This document shows positions 25,493 to 37,939 of a stretch of 64,000 nt of DNA, in pieces. The DNA lies in contig CP089274.1 in assembly GCA_023920165.1 (NCBI GenBank), positions 2,852,001 to 2,916,000 of the forward strand. Reading direction: 5' to 3'. The notes under the pieces are model-generated. The model was not told the DNA's origin, made no database searches, and saw nothing but the letters and a program-made list of their open reading frames with translations. Position numbers and translations under genes: made by a program. This stretch comes from Curvularia clavata. Lineage: Eukaryota. Position 1 is the first letter of the stretch. Each line of letters opens with the position of its first letter.

Positions 25493-26638
25493 GTCCGACG
25501 ACGATGCCGAGGTGAGGAGGGCGATTTTGAGTCTGTAGACGGACCAGGAGAGGTTTGTGAAGTAAGGAATCGCAGCCGCAGCAGGGTTGCTTGTCCCCTC
25601 TTTTTGGGTCGACATGCCAGGAAAGGTGTAATCAGGGTTGCAGCTGGGCTATCAGAGACAACGTCATCGTCGCGTACACCCCGGTCCCGCGCCATCCCTG
25701 CGCATCATCAATCCATCTTTCTACAACACCCAACATCGAGCTGCGTGCTATTTTCGGGCATATGCGGTGTCTCTTGTTGTTTTTTACGGAGTTTTTCTTT
25801 TTCGCATCTTTGGACAAGGACAAGAATGTAACCATACCCCGCACTTTCTTGATTCAACACAACAACGAACATTGATATCGCTCGTAACGTTTTCTTTGCA
25901 GACTACATGAATTATATGGCTCGCGTGAGAAAATTTTGAATTTGACATCTTCTATCGTTGCGGTGATAAGCCTCTCTTGCGCATAAGCGATAGTGTCGTG
26001 GTCTGGGTTTGCGCTCTTATTCTTTTCCTGGAAAATTATACAGGATGTATTGCTGAGGTATAGCTGCTAATGCATGTAACTGTAGAGACCCTGAATTTGG
26101 AGTGCTAAGATGCTCCATCATTGGATATATTTTTTTAACAAGTTTGTAGCCAGTCAAGGTCCACCAAGCCAGATCATGATTCTTCTCATAACCAACGTCT
26201 TCCTATAGTAAACAATACCACGTAGAGTTTTCTTTCTCTAGCCGTAGTCGATTCAATTATTCAACATTTAAATCTCTTCCTCTTCCTCTTGACATCCAAT
26301 AGCTAAATCAGTAGCTGGTAACTTTTCCCATGGGTTCTGTCAGCTATGGCTTTGGAATATTGTGACTGGGAAAGAGCAGATACATCGTCTAGCTGTCCCA
26401 GGGTTGACTGCTTTATTCCTTGAAGCATATGGTGTTTACGTAGGGATTACGCGCAGCACAAGCAACAATATCACATTAAGACGGATTGGAATTGTGAAGC
26501 CTAGGGCCAGTGCTTAATTGTCGCGTGAGATGTGAAGCGGCTCCCATCAGCACGTCTTTTAAGGCCAAATTGTTGTAAAGTTTCTCTATTTACCCTACAG
26601 GCTCCTGTTTTTTAAAAGTTTTTCTTCTATCCAACTAA

Positions 26639-26990
26639 CTACCGCGTAAACCAGCAATCACAACGTCCACCGGGAGCTGCCCATGCTGTCCTAAAGGTCC
26701 TGCCGGGACACTAATCCGCTGTTAGTTGGATCTCAAAAACCTTTGGGCTGCTTGTTCTAACTTACAGTGCTAGCGATAGTCGGGTTTGATGTGCACTTCG
26801 CCGCGTCGTCGGGAGCACAGTTTCCATTTCCCTATTTCTTCATGTCAGCATAGCGTTTGATGAAACAATTACGAGCAGTACATACGACTGGTGGAGTTTG
26901 GTCGCAGACGGCGACGAGATTCGTCCAAGCAGATGCAGAGCCTACAAGAGGCAGTGCAACAACAAGGAGGTTTAGGAGGTTGAATTGCAT
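26639..26990 (-). CDS. Small secreted Cys-rich protein (80 aa, 6 Cys), candidate effector or antimicrobial peptide
   Basis: Exons 26990-26886, 26831-26766 and 26710-26639 with canonical GTATGT/GTAAGT introns; MQFNLLNLLVVALPLVGSASA-WTNLVAVCDQTPPVGNGNCAPDDAAKCTSNPTIASTCPGRTFRTAWAAPGGRCDCWFTR. Confidence 0.72.
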
Positions 26991-27850
26991 TGTGATGATC
27001 TTTATCGCTTCAAAGGTAAGATCGAGAACGGAGAAGAAGGGGAAGGGTCCTTGATGTCTTATAGTTACGGCAAAGGGACCCATTTCGTAAGAAGGATAAT
27101 CGGCGGCAGGAAATGGCTAGTTACCGGACAGTAACACAAACATAAGGCCGAATTTCCTCTTAACATACCGCACCTTTGACGCGTGCCATGAGGCTCGGCA
27201 AGAGTGGTGTGCACTGTTAGAACTTCACCAGCGGGCTTGCTTCGGAGATTACAGCCACGCTATCTCTCTATACGTATCAAGTCTGCCTATCACCTAAAAC
27301 TGTTGTCTATCATTGGTTGTTTTGGAGGAGGGTGGATAAATACCGCTGTAACCCTCAGGACAGCAGTCTGCCATTGCACATTACTTTTGTACCGGGTACT
27401 AAAGTAATCACCGAATCAAAGGTAAGCACCAATATATATACCTTCTTTCTAAAGACAACATATCTGATGCATATAAGCGAAAAGTCCAGAAGGTCTAGTG
27501 AGATGAAGAGTTAGGAGAATTTTCTATGCATTTTGAGTCAACTATTCACAGTCGAAGAGTATTATTTAGGTAACGATCGAGTTGCCAAGTAAATACTCAG
27601 GAGATGTTCTTACTTCTACTATCCTTTGACCGCGCAACACACGTCACTGCCGACCCACTTAATACGGACGTACTAAAATATTACTACTATCAATGGAGAG
27701 CGACGTTGAGTGCAACTTGAACAAGTTGATTCGTGCTTCCATCAATGATCGCAACCCCACCCTCCTTCTTTCCCCAGCCCATCTCCACGTCAAGACCCTT
27801 TTCAAACTTCTCTCACGTTCAAATCCAGTTCGCTGTCGAAATATTCGCGT

Positions 27851-28163
27851 TTAACCCGTTTTCATGCATGCTACACGCGAAGCCTGGCACGTTTTCTCTT
27901 TACCACATACGATATCTACCAACGGATTAGCCATCTCAAACTACAAGTAAACACTGGGGGTTCCCCTTACCCATGCAGACGCTAGAGCAGCATTCTCCGT
28001 CTGCACTGCAATTGACTGTATTTGTTAGCAACTGTGAAAATATCGAGAGAGCCGACTGCTTACATCCATTGAGAGTGCAGCTCCTCTCTTGGAGCTCAGC
28101 TGGAAGAACAGCGGAGGCCGATGCGATAGCCACGATCGCGGCGATGACAAAGGTGAGCTTCAT
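27851..28163 (-). CDS. Small secreted cystine-knot (ICK/knottin-like) peptide precursor
   Basis: Signal MKLTFVIAAIVAIASA, propeptide ending LQER, intron 28016-28063, mature SCTLNGFNCSADGECCSSVCM...; a second intron 27916-27970 gives ...DIVCGKEKTCQASRVACMKTG* (stop 27851); if retained, ...GKGNPQCLLVV* (stop 27936). Confidence 0.75.
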
Positions 28164-28686
28164 GGTGGAGGCGTAAGTGAGTGAGTGTTGGTAGCGTGAT
28201 AGTGTTTGTGATACTGTTACTCGTCTCAGTGAGTAGAGTGATCGCCAGTATTTATATTTGAAATTCCACATCTGCATTGATCTTGTAATAAGCGGACCGA
28301 TTAGTGGAAGATACAGGCTTTTCCGGGTGGAGCAAAAGTACATGATATTAATTAATCGGTCGTTTTTACATGCCGTGTAGGGCTGGCCACAAGGGCAAGG
28401 TTAGCAAGCTGTGCTAGTTGAGAATTGGTCGGCGTGGTATTATTCCACCACCTCTAAGCCATACGATCAAACATCCCTCAATGGGCTCGATCGGGTGTAT
28501 GTTTTGCAAAACATGAGTCTAAAAGAGCGGAAAGGCAGTACGAGGAATATAATTACTAGTACCTCGTATTTTCATGGCGCATATCTGTCAGACCATATAA
28601 AATAATCAAACACGAAGATCCTGAATCCAAGCATCTGGTACAGAAGATCTTAGGCTGTAGTATCTAGTTGCTTACTATACACCACT

Positions 28687-30431
28687 TCACGCCACAATAT
28701 CCCCTCCGAATCCAATCGGCCTTCGCACCGGACCCTGCTTCTTATATGGCACAATAGCCAGCGCCTTATACGTCTTGCCCATACCATTTGGACCCCTATC
28801 AACAAGTCTCTTCCAGCTCGTTTCCAGGCGCTTCTTCGTTCCCTCGTCCTTTGCTGCCTTGAGGAGGCGGTCAGCACGCTCCTTGATACCCATTGTGGAC
28901 AGGAAAAATGATTGCTCGACAGGACCGTGAACTTCGACGCCAGGAGAAGCGTCCAGAGCTGAGTCGGCTAGGGCAAGGAAATCTACATCGGCGGAGAGAT
29001 CCACAAGGCCTGGCGAGGCAAAAGGTGAGACGGTAGTGTGCGCGCGGATGCCGCGAAGAGTGTTTGCTGGGATGGTATCTAGAGGGCCGTAGTCGAGGAT
29101 AAGTGCCGCTCCAGAAGGTTGTGGTTTTGTGAAGGTATCCTCGTCATGTTGTTTCGCGCTCGGTTGACCACCTGACGCTGGTGTATTACTAGGCTTGGTG
29201 TTACTGCCGCCTATCCTTACAGCAAAGTCCGAAACATAAGCGAGTGACTCTGGTGAGATCTCAATAACGGCATCAGGCGTGTTCTCCAGCTTCTTGTAAC
29301 GATCCGATAGCTTCGGCAGGTACAGTGAGTGTGGTGTCGGTGTCTTTGACACGGTTAGCTCAAAATCAAGCTTTTCGGCATCCTTCGGCACCGAAGAGCT
29401 TGATGTGTTTCCGTCTGCATGCGGGGAGGTTGGCGATACAACAAGCTCATGCCAGTTGTTCTTGGGTGCTGTTGCGCCGTGCTTAGGTGTAATAGGACCT
29501 GTCGGCGTAATGATAGTGGACGAAGCAGGTATAGAAGATTGTGCGACGTTTTGAAAGACATGTATAGGAAGTGCATCAAAGAATTCGTGAGCGAGTATGA
29601 AGGGAGTTGCTGTGGCTTCTACGTTTGTTGTTAGTAATCTGTCGGATAGGTTGCACGAAGCATTGGCAGAAACACACCCTTGGGGACAAGCCTTATGTCT
29701 TCACACCACTCAATCTTACATCCTGGAATGTACTTGCATGGTGCGGTAAGGCCAATCTCGCTCTTCGTAAGGTCTTCAGTTCCAGAAAGCAGTTTTGCCT
29801 GCTGTTTCTGTAGGTAAGGCGACGCTTCGATGAGATAGATTGTCTTAATGCTCTTGGAAAAACTTCTGAAGGTGGAGATAGTCTGGCAGCCTGTTAATAT
29901 ATCTTCTGCTTCGTTTCTTGAGTGCTCGTCATACCCTCAGGACATCGTCCATCAGTGTGCCTCGTCCAGGACCAACTTCAATAATTTGCACATTGTCCTT
30001 CTTTCCCTGTGCCAACCACTCTGCATATACCCATATGCCAATCAACTCACCAAATATTTGGCTAATTTCTGGCGAGGTTACAAAGTCACCCTTAGTTCCG
30101 AATTGATCCTGCCCGCTCGTGGTTTGTCTTGTGTAGTAGCCGCCTTCAGGATGTGTGAGACATTGGCGCATGTACGCCGCAACGGATATTGGACCAGTCG
30201 TCTGAGATCAATGTTAGACTTTCATACATGGCAAGTCAATTGGTTGCTTACGGTAATAGCCTGAGCCAGAGTCTTTGCCAGAGGTGTTGTCCATTGTCGT
30301 TCCGAGTTTGCAGGAGCAGAGGTCGACGACCACCGCGAAGCGCATTTACTTCTCTGGCACGCAATTGGTTTGGGGGTTAAACGCCCATTTCGCGCTGCCG
30401 TCCGCAACAGATTCAGGGGCTGAGTTTTCAT
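28687..30431 (-). CDS. NDUFAF7: Mitochondrial protein arginine methyltransferase NDUFAF7/MidA (complex I assembly)
   Basis: [43 protein letters not shown] and [12 protein letters not shown]; three introns (30202-30251, 29883-29934 and one near 29620-29677). Confidence 0.92.
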
Positions 30432-30674
30432 GTCGACGCTCTATCGCCGTTCCATGACGTCTGCGCGTTCGGAACTTAAAAGTTCAAATCGGAACGCCGA
30501 GGTGAACGAAGCTATGACCATCACCCTTTGCATTGGTCTATGACTATCTGCGACGCTCCGCTTCGGACGCCAATCATATTACAGTATATGGTATCGGGCT
30601 CTACGTGATATACAGGCCGTATAACAGACAGGCAGTTCTCGGGAACAAAGTAAGGTTGAGAAAGAGAAGGAATA

Positions 30675-32021
30675 ATGGCGTCCCGCTGGGCGAACGAAGA
30701 AGCAGACAAGGCCGAGGAACTACGCCGAAAGAAAGAAAAGGAGGAGAAGAAACGCTTGAAACTTCAGAAGCAGCAAGAAACAGAGGCTGCAGCACGTGCG
30801 GCTCAAGAAGTGGAATCGCGGCCTGCAAAGCGTCGAAGACTGTCGGCAGGCGACGACGAGGACGAGGCCTCCAAATCAAAAGATGCTCAAGAAGAGAGGA
30901 AACTACTGCGCTTCGAAGGCGGAGGCTGGTCCTCATGCCGGCACACGTCCAACTTTGAAACCCTCAATCAGATCGAAGAAGGTTCCTATGGCTGGGTATC
31001 ACGGGCACGCGATATAACCTCGGACACGGTCGTAGCCCTGAAGAAAGTGAAAATGGACTACAACCAAGACGGTTTCCCTATCACAGCACTCCGCGAGATA
31101 TCCATTTTACAGCGCTGCCGCCACCAAAACATTGTCAACCTGCATGAGATTTTGTCTGGCGATGACCCCCAAGAATGCGTCCTGGTCATGGAATTTCTCG
31201 AACACGATCTCAAGACACTGCAAGAAGACATGAGCGAACCGTTCATGGCATCAGAAGTCAAAACACTGCTACGTCAGCTGGTATCTGGAGTCGGGTATCT
31301 GCACGAAAACTTCATCATGCATCGGGATCTCAAAACGTCAAACATTCTGCTCAACAACAGAGGCCAGCTCAAAATCGCTGACTTCGGCATGGCACGCTAT
31401 ATCCCGCCTGCTAACGCACCTCTGACACAACTCGTAGTAACGCTGTGGTACCGCGCCCCAGAGCTACTCCTCGGTACACGGGACTACGGGCCTGAAGTCG
31501 ACATGTGGAGCGTAGGCTGTATATTTGGAGAGTTGCTGGCCAAGGAGCCGCTGCTCCAAGGCAAAAACGAAGTCGACGAACTGTCTCTCATCTTCTCCCT
31601 CTGCGGCCTACCCTCGGAGAAAACCTGGCCGCAGTTCTATCGCCTGCCTAACGCAAAGAGCCTCAAGCTGCCGCGAGACCATCGCAACGCGCCGTCTTTC
31701 AACCGTGCAAAGTTTCCGTTCCTTACTGCCGCGGGAATCGACTTGCTCTCCTCGTTGCTTGCACTCAACCCGGAACACCGCCCTACAGCCAACGAGGTCC
31801 TGGCCCATCCTTACTTCAGAGAGCAGCCCAAGCCCAAGCCGACGGAAATGTTTCCTACGTTTCCCAGTAAAGCTGGGCAGGAGAGGAGGCGAAAGAAGAG
31901 CCCGAATGCGCCAAAGAGAGGCGACGCGCCGGGTATGCAAGGAAATCTGGATTTTAGTAGTATTTTCAAAGGGAGAGAGGAGGAAGAAAAGGGTGCTGGG
32001 TTCCAATTGAAGATGACTTGA
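30675..32021 (+). CDS. CDK11: Cyclin-dependent kinase CDK11/Ppk23-like
   Basis: Single-exon kinase: IEEGSYG, GFPITALRE, HRDLKTSN, DFG and VVTLWYRAPELLLG; CDK11-type tail FPTFPSK...SPNAP...GAGFQLK. Confidence 0.88.
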   Translation: MASRWANEEADKAEELRRKKEKEEKKRLKLQKQQETEAAARAAQEVESRPAKRRRLSAGDDEDEASKSKDAQEERKLLRFEGGGWSSCRHTSNFETLNQIEEGSYGWVSRARDITSDTVVALKKVKMDYNQDGFPITALREISILQRCRHQNIVNLHEILSGDDPQECVLVMEFLEHDLKTLQEDMSEPFMASEVKTLLRQLVSGVGYLHENFIMHRDLKTSNILLNNRGQLKIADFGMARYIPPANAPLTQLVVTLWYRAPELLLGTRDYGPEVDMWSVGCIFGELLAKEPLLQGKNEVDELSLIFSLCGLPSEKTWPQFYRLPNAKSLKLPRDHRNAPSFNRAKFPFLTAAGIDLLSSLLALNPEHRPTANEVLAHPYFREQPKPKPTEMFPTFPSKAGQERRRKKSPNAPKRGDAPGMQGNLDFSSIFKGREEEEKGAGFQLKMT

Positions 32022-32202
32022 TGTGCTCGGAAGGATTAGATTTTTATTTCTCGATTAAACAACTGGCTCGGTCACCACAGCCAAGGCGTCGGCGGATAAC
32101 TCGGATAATAGTACACTCTAAATGACCCGTGATGAGGCCTCCAACCCAATTAACACCTATTTGATTTTCTTTTCAACGTGCTGTACCATGGAACTATAAC
32201 AA

Positions 32203-33380
32203 TCACCTGCGGTCCCTGCTCCGACTACGGTCGCTGCCATAGGAGCTATAGCTAGGGCTTCTTCTTCCTCTGCCTCCACCACTTCCACTGCTAGGACCAG
32301 CTCTTCGGGGTGAGCTATCCCTCCTGCCATACCCTCGTCTTGGCGGCGTTCTCGACGGTGACCGGCTGTAGGAAGAGCGGGAAATACTCCTCCGTGGCGA
32401 GCGGCTTCGGGATCGTGAATATGACCGCGGACGTCCTCCCCATCCTCCACGTCCACCGCGACCGCCTCTTCCACGTCCCCATTGTCCACGGTCGGGCGAC
32501 ATTCGGCGCGGCGGAGAGCGGTAGCGTGGGGGACCGTCCATTGGTGGTGGTCTGTATGCGCCGGGTGGCCCTCCTCCTCGTTGTCCCCATCCGCCACGGC
32601 CATATCCGCCGTGTCCATATCCACCCTCAAATTCGTCTTGGAACCTGTCGCCTGGTGGTGGGCCTCTGCGCGCTGGTGGAGGTGTTTGCGAAAAGCGACG
32701 CCGAGGCAGAACAATGGAAACTTGAATCTTAGCCCCGTCCAACTGTGCGTCATGCATTTTTGCGATTGCGCGCTCGGCGTCGTCGACTTCTTCGTAGAGT
32801 ACATATGCTATGCCGCGGTTTATGTTGACTATTTGGCAGTTAGCCGGGTGCTTGCAATGCTATGAGATGTTACGTACAAGTCGGGTTCATGGGCATCTTG
32901 ACATCCTTGATGACACCGTACTTTCCGAATATTTCCCGTATATGGTCTTCTTTGACGTTCCTGGTGAGGGCTTCGACGACAATCTGTCATAACGTTAACA
33001 ACAATTCTGGTAAAGTAGCAAGGCTGGGCCCGAAGTCTGTGTACTTGGGTCCAGGCACTCGATCGTCTGACCTTTGCGCTTCTAGGTGCTGGCGACCCTT
33101 CTCTTGGGGTAGGGCTGCGAGTGTAGCTCCTCCCTCGGGAGCGCGATCTGCTGTCTGGTGTGTAGCTACGTCGTCCATTGCGCCTGGGAGACGGGGACCG
33201 GGGCAAGCGGGATCGAGAGCGCGAGCGAGAACGTGTAGGGGATCTTGGGGACAGTGACCGCCGTGGGGAGCCAGACGGCGCTGAACGAGAGCGGGAGCGC
33301 GATCTAGTTTGCGACCTGTCGCGAGATGGGCTGCGGGTGCGCGACTGCGAGCGTCTTGGGGACGGGGAACGGGTCGGCAT
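32203..33380 (-). CDS. RNPS1: RNPS1-like SR-rich RRM protein (ASAP/PSAP, EJC-associated)
   Basis: RS/SP-rich N- and C-termini; RRM IVVEALTRNVKEDHIREIFGKYG...NRGIAYV...MHDAQLDG; introns approx. 32983-33071 and 32829-32877. Confidence 0.8.
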
Positions 33381-34282
33381 TTCTTGGAGTCCTGAGCAAA
33401 GCGGTCGCAAAATATTTTTGTCTAGTAATCGGCGGCTATCATATGTTTAGAAGTCGAGGTGGGCGCTTTTTCCATGTACTGTTTGCTTGCGCGTAATCTT
33501 TTGGCAGCTCAAGCTTACAGCTCCCAGCGAGCTTCGGCCTAGCGTAGGCACGTGACTAACGCGCAAACATCCAAAGAGCCAGAGCAACAGGCGCACGTCA
33601 TAACGGGGCGGACTGGTTTGGACACGTCAATTGTATGTATGTAAATAGACTGCATCAATTCCTTCCAGTCTGCTCTCGAGGACAGGGTGTTGCGTGGCAC
33701 TGGGTGGACCGTTGTGAATGTCGAGTCATAGATAGTCTGTATAAACGACGTGCCGTGCACAAACACCAGAAATGCTCTGCTGCTGGCGCCTATGCAAAGC
33801 CACTTCTCAATCTTGTCCAATGCATGGGGCTCGATGGTTCGATGACAGCAATTCGACCCGCTCCGTGGCCATGACCCCAGAAAGCGGCAGATGCGCTTGG
33901 ACAGGCGACACACTAGGCGGGTATCGCGGTGGGCATGGTGGGATAGTCATATTCGCAGCAGCATCGGCTCCCCCATGCGACCAGTACATGGCTGCAGGAT
34001 GGCGCAAGGAGAACGCGTGACAGGGCGCGGGATTGCGAGAATCCATGACCGAGGGGTGTGGCCATCGCGATAGGAAAAGTTGATTTCATTGCGAGAGGGC
34101 GGGGTCGAAACAGCCCCACTATCAAACCACGACTTAGCCCAACAACGCAGCACCAACCCTTCTCACCGCATCTGCTCTCTTGTCCTGCTTAGTCAAAAGT
34201 ACCTGCATCTCCTCTGCCTCACTCCTGTCAATTTTCTCATCTCTCCAAGCTCCCGCAGCACGCACATTACCCCTCACCAAAC

Positions 34283-34892
34283 ATGTCCTGGCAAGGTAAG
34301 CAACGCGCCCCTCTACGCGGCCACAAACGCTGACCTCGACGCCAGCATACGTTGACACCAGGTACGTCTGACTTCTGCCTCGATTGCCACTCCCATCTAA
34401 CCCCATCTCCAGCCTCGTCGGCTCTGGCAACATCGACAAGGCCCTCATCTGCGATCTCGAGGGCGCAACCAACTGGGCCGCCTCCCCAGACTTCACGGTA
34501 CGTTGTCCGATTGTCCACGCGTGGTAAGGCGTGCAGATGCTGACACACTACAGCTTGCCGATGCGGAGCGGGCAGCCATTGCCAAATCTTTCAGCGACAA
34601 GTCGGACCCCAAGAAGGTCATCTCCGAGGGCGTCAAGATCAACGGCGTGAAATACATGACTGTCCAGGCAGACGACGAGGGTTTCAAGGCCAAGAAGGTA
34701 CCGCTTGGAGAATTGCCCGTGATGCTTGTTGGATGCAGTCGCTGACAATGAAACTAGGGCAAGGAGGGCATCGTCGCCTTCAAGACTGGCCAGGCCGTCA
34801 TCATTGCTCACCACGGCGAGGACGTCCAGACCACCAACGCTTTCAACACAGTTGCTGAGCTCGGAGAGTACCTGAAGAAGCACAACATGTAA
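34283..34892 (+). CDS. PFY1: Profilin (5 exons)
   Basis: Spliced MSWQAYVDTSLVGSGNIDKA...GVKINGVKYM...GKEGIVAFKTGQAVIIAHH...ELGEYLKKHNM*. Confidence 0.95.
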
Positions 34893-35512
34893 AGCGGCTC
34901 CGATATAGAACTCTTTGTACGTTATGGATATTTGCATAGTCTCCACGTAGGAGCGGACAGCATGGTGGGTGAAGGATGCAGGACATGGATATGAATCATG
35001 GCGCGCGAAACTGCGAGATTGAAGAGTCTTCTTCGATACAATGACATACCTTGAAACCACTCTTATGTGAATTACGACAGTTCGTGATGTCCATCTGTAA
35101 TGCGCAAATGAGTGGTGAAGCTAGTGCAGGTGCTGTGACTAGCAAAATTAAGCAGCTTCGAGAACACCATAAGATTGCAAATTCTCTGTTCATAAAATGT
35201 AGTCAGGAAGATTCGAGTGGTGTGAGCATTAACTCGAGATGAAAGCCTTGGAGTGTCTCGACCAAGTACACACCCTCTCCTCTAAATCTCTGGTAATAGT
35301 ACGAGGCAATAGTGAATAGATAAAGACAGTTTGTCTATCTTGAAACCCGTAACAGGAATTCAATACCCTGGTCGCTATGAGTGCTCCAGACTAGTATGGC
35401 AGTTGTGGGTTGAGTGTGTTGAGGTGGTGGAGGGGGACGAGCCAGCGCCGAGTCCACGATCCGCTCCAACACCCAACGTGAGTTCTTTTATCACCATTTT
35501 TGAATATCTGGT

Positions 35513-35631
35513 ACATACGACCATAGGCTCGAGAAAGCAGGATTCCCCGTTCGATCAATCATACTTAAGCTCGAGACCGGCGGACTAGTAGTCAGGTGGG
35601 TGACCACTGGCGAATCCCCGCTGTCGTATGT
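35513..35631 (+). rRNA. Dispersed 5S rRNA gene (variant type)
   Basis: 119 nt: ACATACGACCATA...TACTTAAGC...TAGTAG...GGGTGACCAC...GAATCCC...GTCGTATGT; 9-bp terminal helix; T-run Pol III terminator immediately after. Confidence 0.93.
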
Positions 35632-36008
35632 TTTTGGATTTTTGTTTGAATTTTTGTGTGAATCTTTTTGCTGTAGATATGTGCTACGACATAATGTAAT
35701 GTGATACTGTTAGACAGGTTTCTTCTCGAATACTTGACTTGTTTTCGAGACACGAACTGCGCTTGGTAGCCTATCCATTGTAAATACTCATTTAAGCTTG
35801 GAACAGGAGAATCGTCGCCGAGGGCGGAGCGGCTCGTCGAACGGCGGTTCGTCAGGCACAGGCACGCTAGAAGGCCATGCGAACACAGACCCTTGTCACC
35901 CGCAGCACATCACCGTCATTCATCCGCTCACCACCGCGACACGCTCCACAAGACTTCCGTCACAAAAGTGACAAGACGCACTCCACCTAGCCTCCACCGC
36001 CTTTGGCA

Positions 36009-37052
36009 ATGCTTCTCGAGCATCTCAACCCCTGGTACCGTCCCGAGTCCGAATTCGACCCGTCGTCTTTTGCCGCCCTCCTCGTTCAAGCACCGGTAAA
36101 GCTACTCCTCCGCCATACACACCACTTCCTTACCCGTCTGCACTCTACCCCAAAGCCCTTGCAGGACCCTCCTGTACGCGTCGTCTGTATATCCGACACA
36201 CACAACAATGTACCAGACCATGTCCCCGACGGCGATATCCTCATCCACGCGGGTGACATGACCAACGATGGGAGTGTGGCAGAGATTCAAAAGCAGATTG
36301 ACTGGCTGAGTTCGCTGCCGCACAAGGAGATTGTTGTCATCAGCGGCAATCACGACACGTTTCTCGACCCAAGGGTGCGGTCCTCGCTGTCCGACGAGCA
36401 GAGAAGAGGCCGCCTCGATTGGAAGAGAGTGCATTATTTACAACATCGCCGTCTGAGTCTCACAATCACAGTTCATGTGAACAACAGCAATGATACTAGT
36501 GTAACGACCCCGTTACTGGCTGCAGGCCAGACGCAAAGACGCATATGTATATACGGCGCGCCGCAGATACCAGCGTGTGGGCCTATGAGTGTGCACGCTT
36601 TCCAGTATGAGCGAGGAAAGGATGCTTGGTCTGAGACGGTACCGGAGGACATTGATATTCTGGTCACGCATACCCCACCAAAGTTCTACCACGACCTGTC
36701 GCTGCCAACAGGATTGGGCTGCGAGCACTTGCTGGCCGAGGTCCAGCGCGTAAAGCCTACTCTACACGTCTTTGGGCATGTGCATTGGGGAGCTGGGCAA
36801 ACGGTAGTCTGGTGGGACAAGGCACACGATGCATATGTGCGAGGGCTATCAATCCGGTCGAAATGGACTCGGGGCGTCCTGAATCCCAGGTTATGGTGGA
36901 ACGTCGTCCGAGTTGTATACCGTGGGGTGAGAGAGCTACTATGGGATCGTGTGTGGGGGGGTCAAAGTCCGCACACTATCATGATTAACGCAGCCCAGAT
37001 GCACGGAAACACTGGGCAGCTGGGCAACTCAGTCCAGGTCGTCGACATCTAA
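36009..37052 (+). CDS. Calcineurin-like metallophosphoesterase (MPPED1/2-like)
   Basis: VVCISDTH, IHAGDMT, ISGNHD, LVTHTPP, HVFGHVH and INAA motifs. Confidence 0.9.
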   Translation: MLLEHLNPWYRPESEFDPSSFAALLVQAPVKLLLRHTHHFLTRLHSTPKPLQDPPVRVVCISDTHNNVPDHVPDGDILIHAGDMTNDGSVAEIQKQIDWLSSLPHKEIVVISGNHDTFLDPRVRSSLSDEQRRGRLDWKRVHYLQHRRLSLTITVHVNNSNDTSVTTPLLAAGQTQRRICIYGAPQIPACGPMSVHAFQYERGKDAWSETVPEDIDILVTHTPPKFYHDLSLPTGLGCEHLLAEVQRVKPTLHVFGHVHWGAGQTVVWWDKAHDAYVRGLSIRSKWTRGVLNPRLWWNVVRVVYRGVRELLWDRVWGGQSPHTIMINAAQMHGNTGQLGNSVQVVDI

Positions 37053-37333
37053 CATTATCCGTCACAGTATTCCAGCAAGTCGTAATCGTAATGTATAACA
37101 CCTTTTTGATCAACACAGCAGTAAGCACTTCATTGTCGGGAAGCCTTTTCAAACTAAAAAGGATTCTGTTGATTTAGCTTGCCTTAACTCGTAGGAGAAG
37201 CCAAGTTCAACATGGAGACCAGGCAGATTCGCCGTTCCCCGCGACTTTTATTGATCGTGGTCATAAAACCATAAATCGTGCATACCATGCCATGCCATAT
37301 TCCACCACCGAGCAAAATACTTTGCGCACATGC

Positions 37334-37939
<606 letters not shown>

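Noticed and set aside
27780..27915. Possible 5-nt micro-exon plus third intron (GTATGT) in the knottin gene
   Set aside because: Weak branch point, and the product would lose the sixth cysteine
31070..31100. PITALRE motif suggesting CDK9/Bur1
   Set aside because: IEEGSYG, the activation-segment context and the C-terminal tail fit CDK11; the motif alone is not diagnostic
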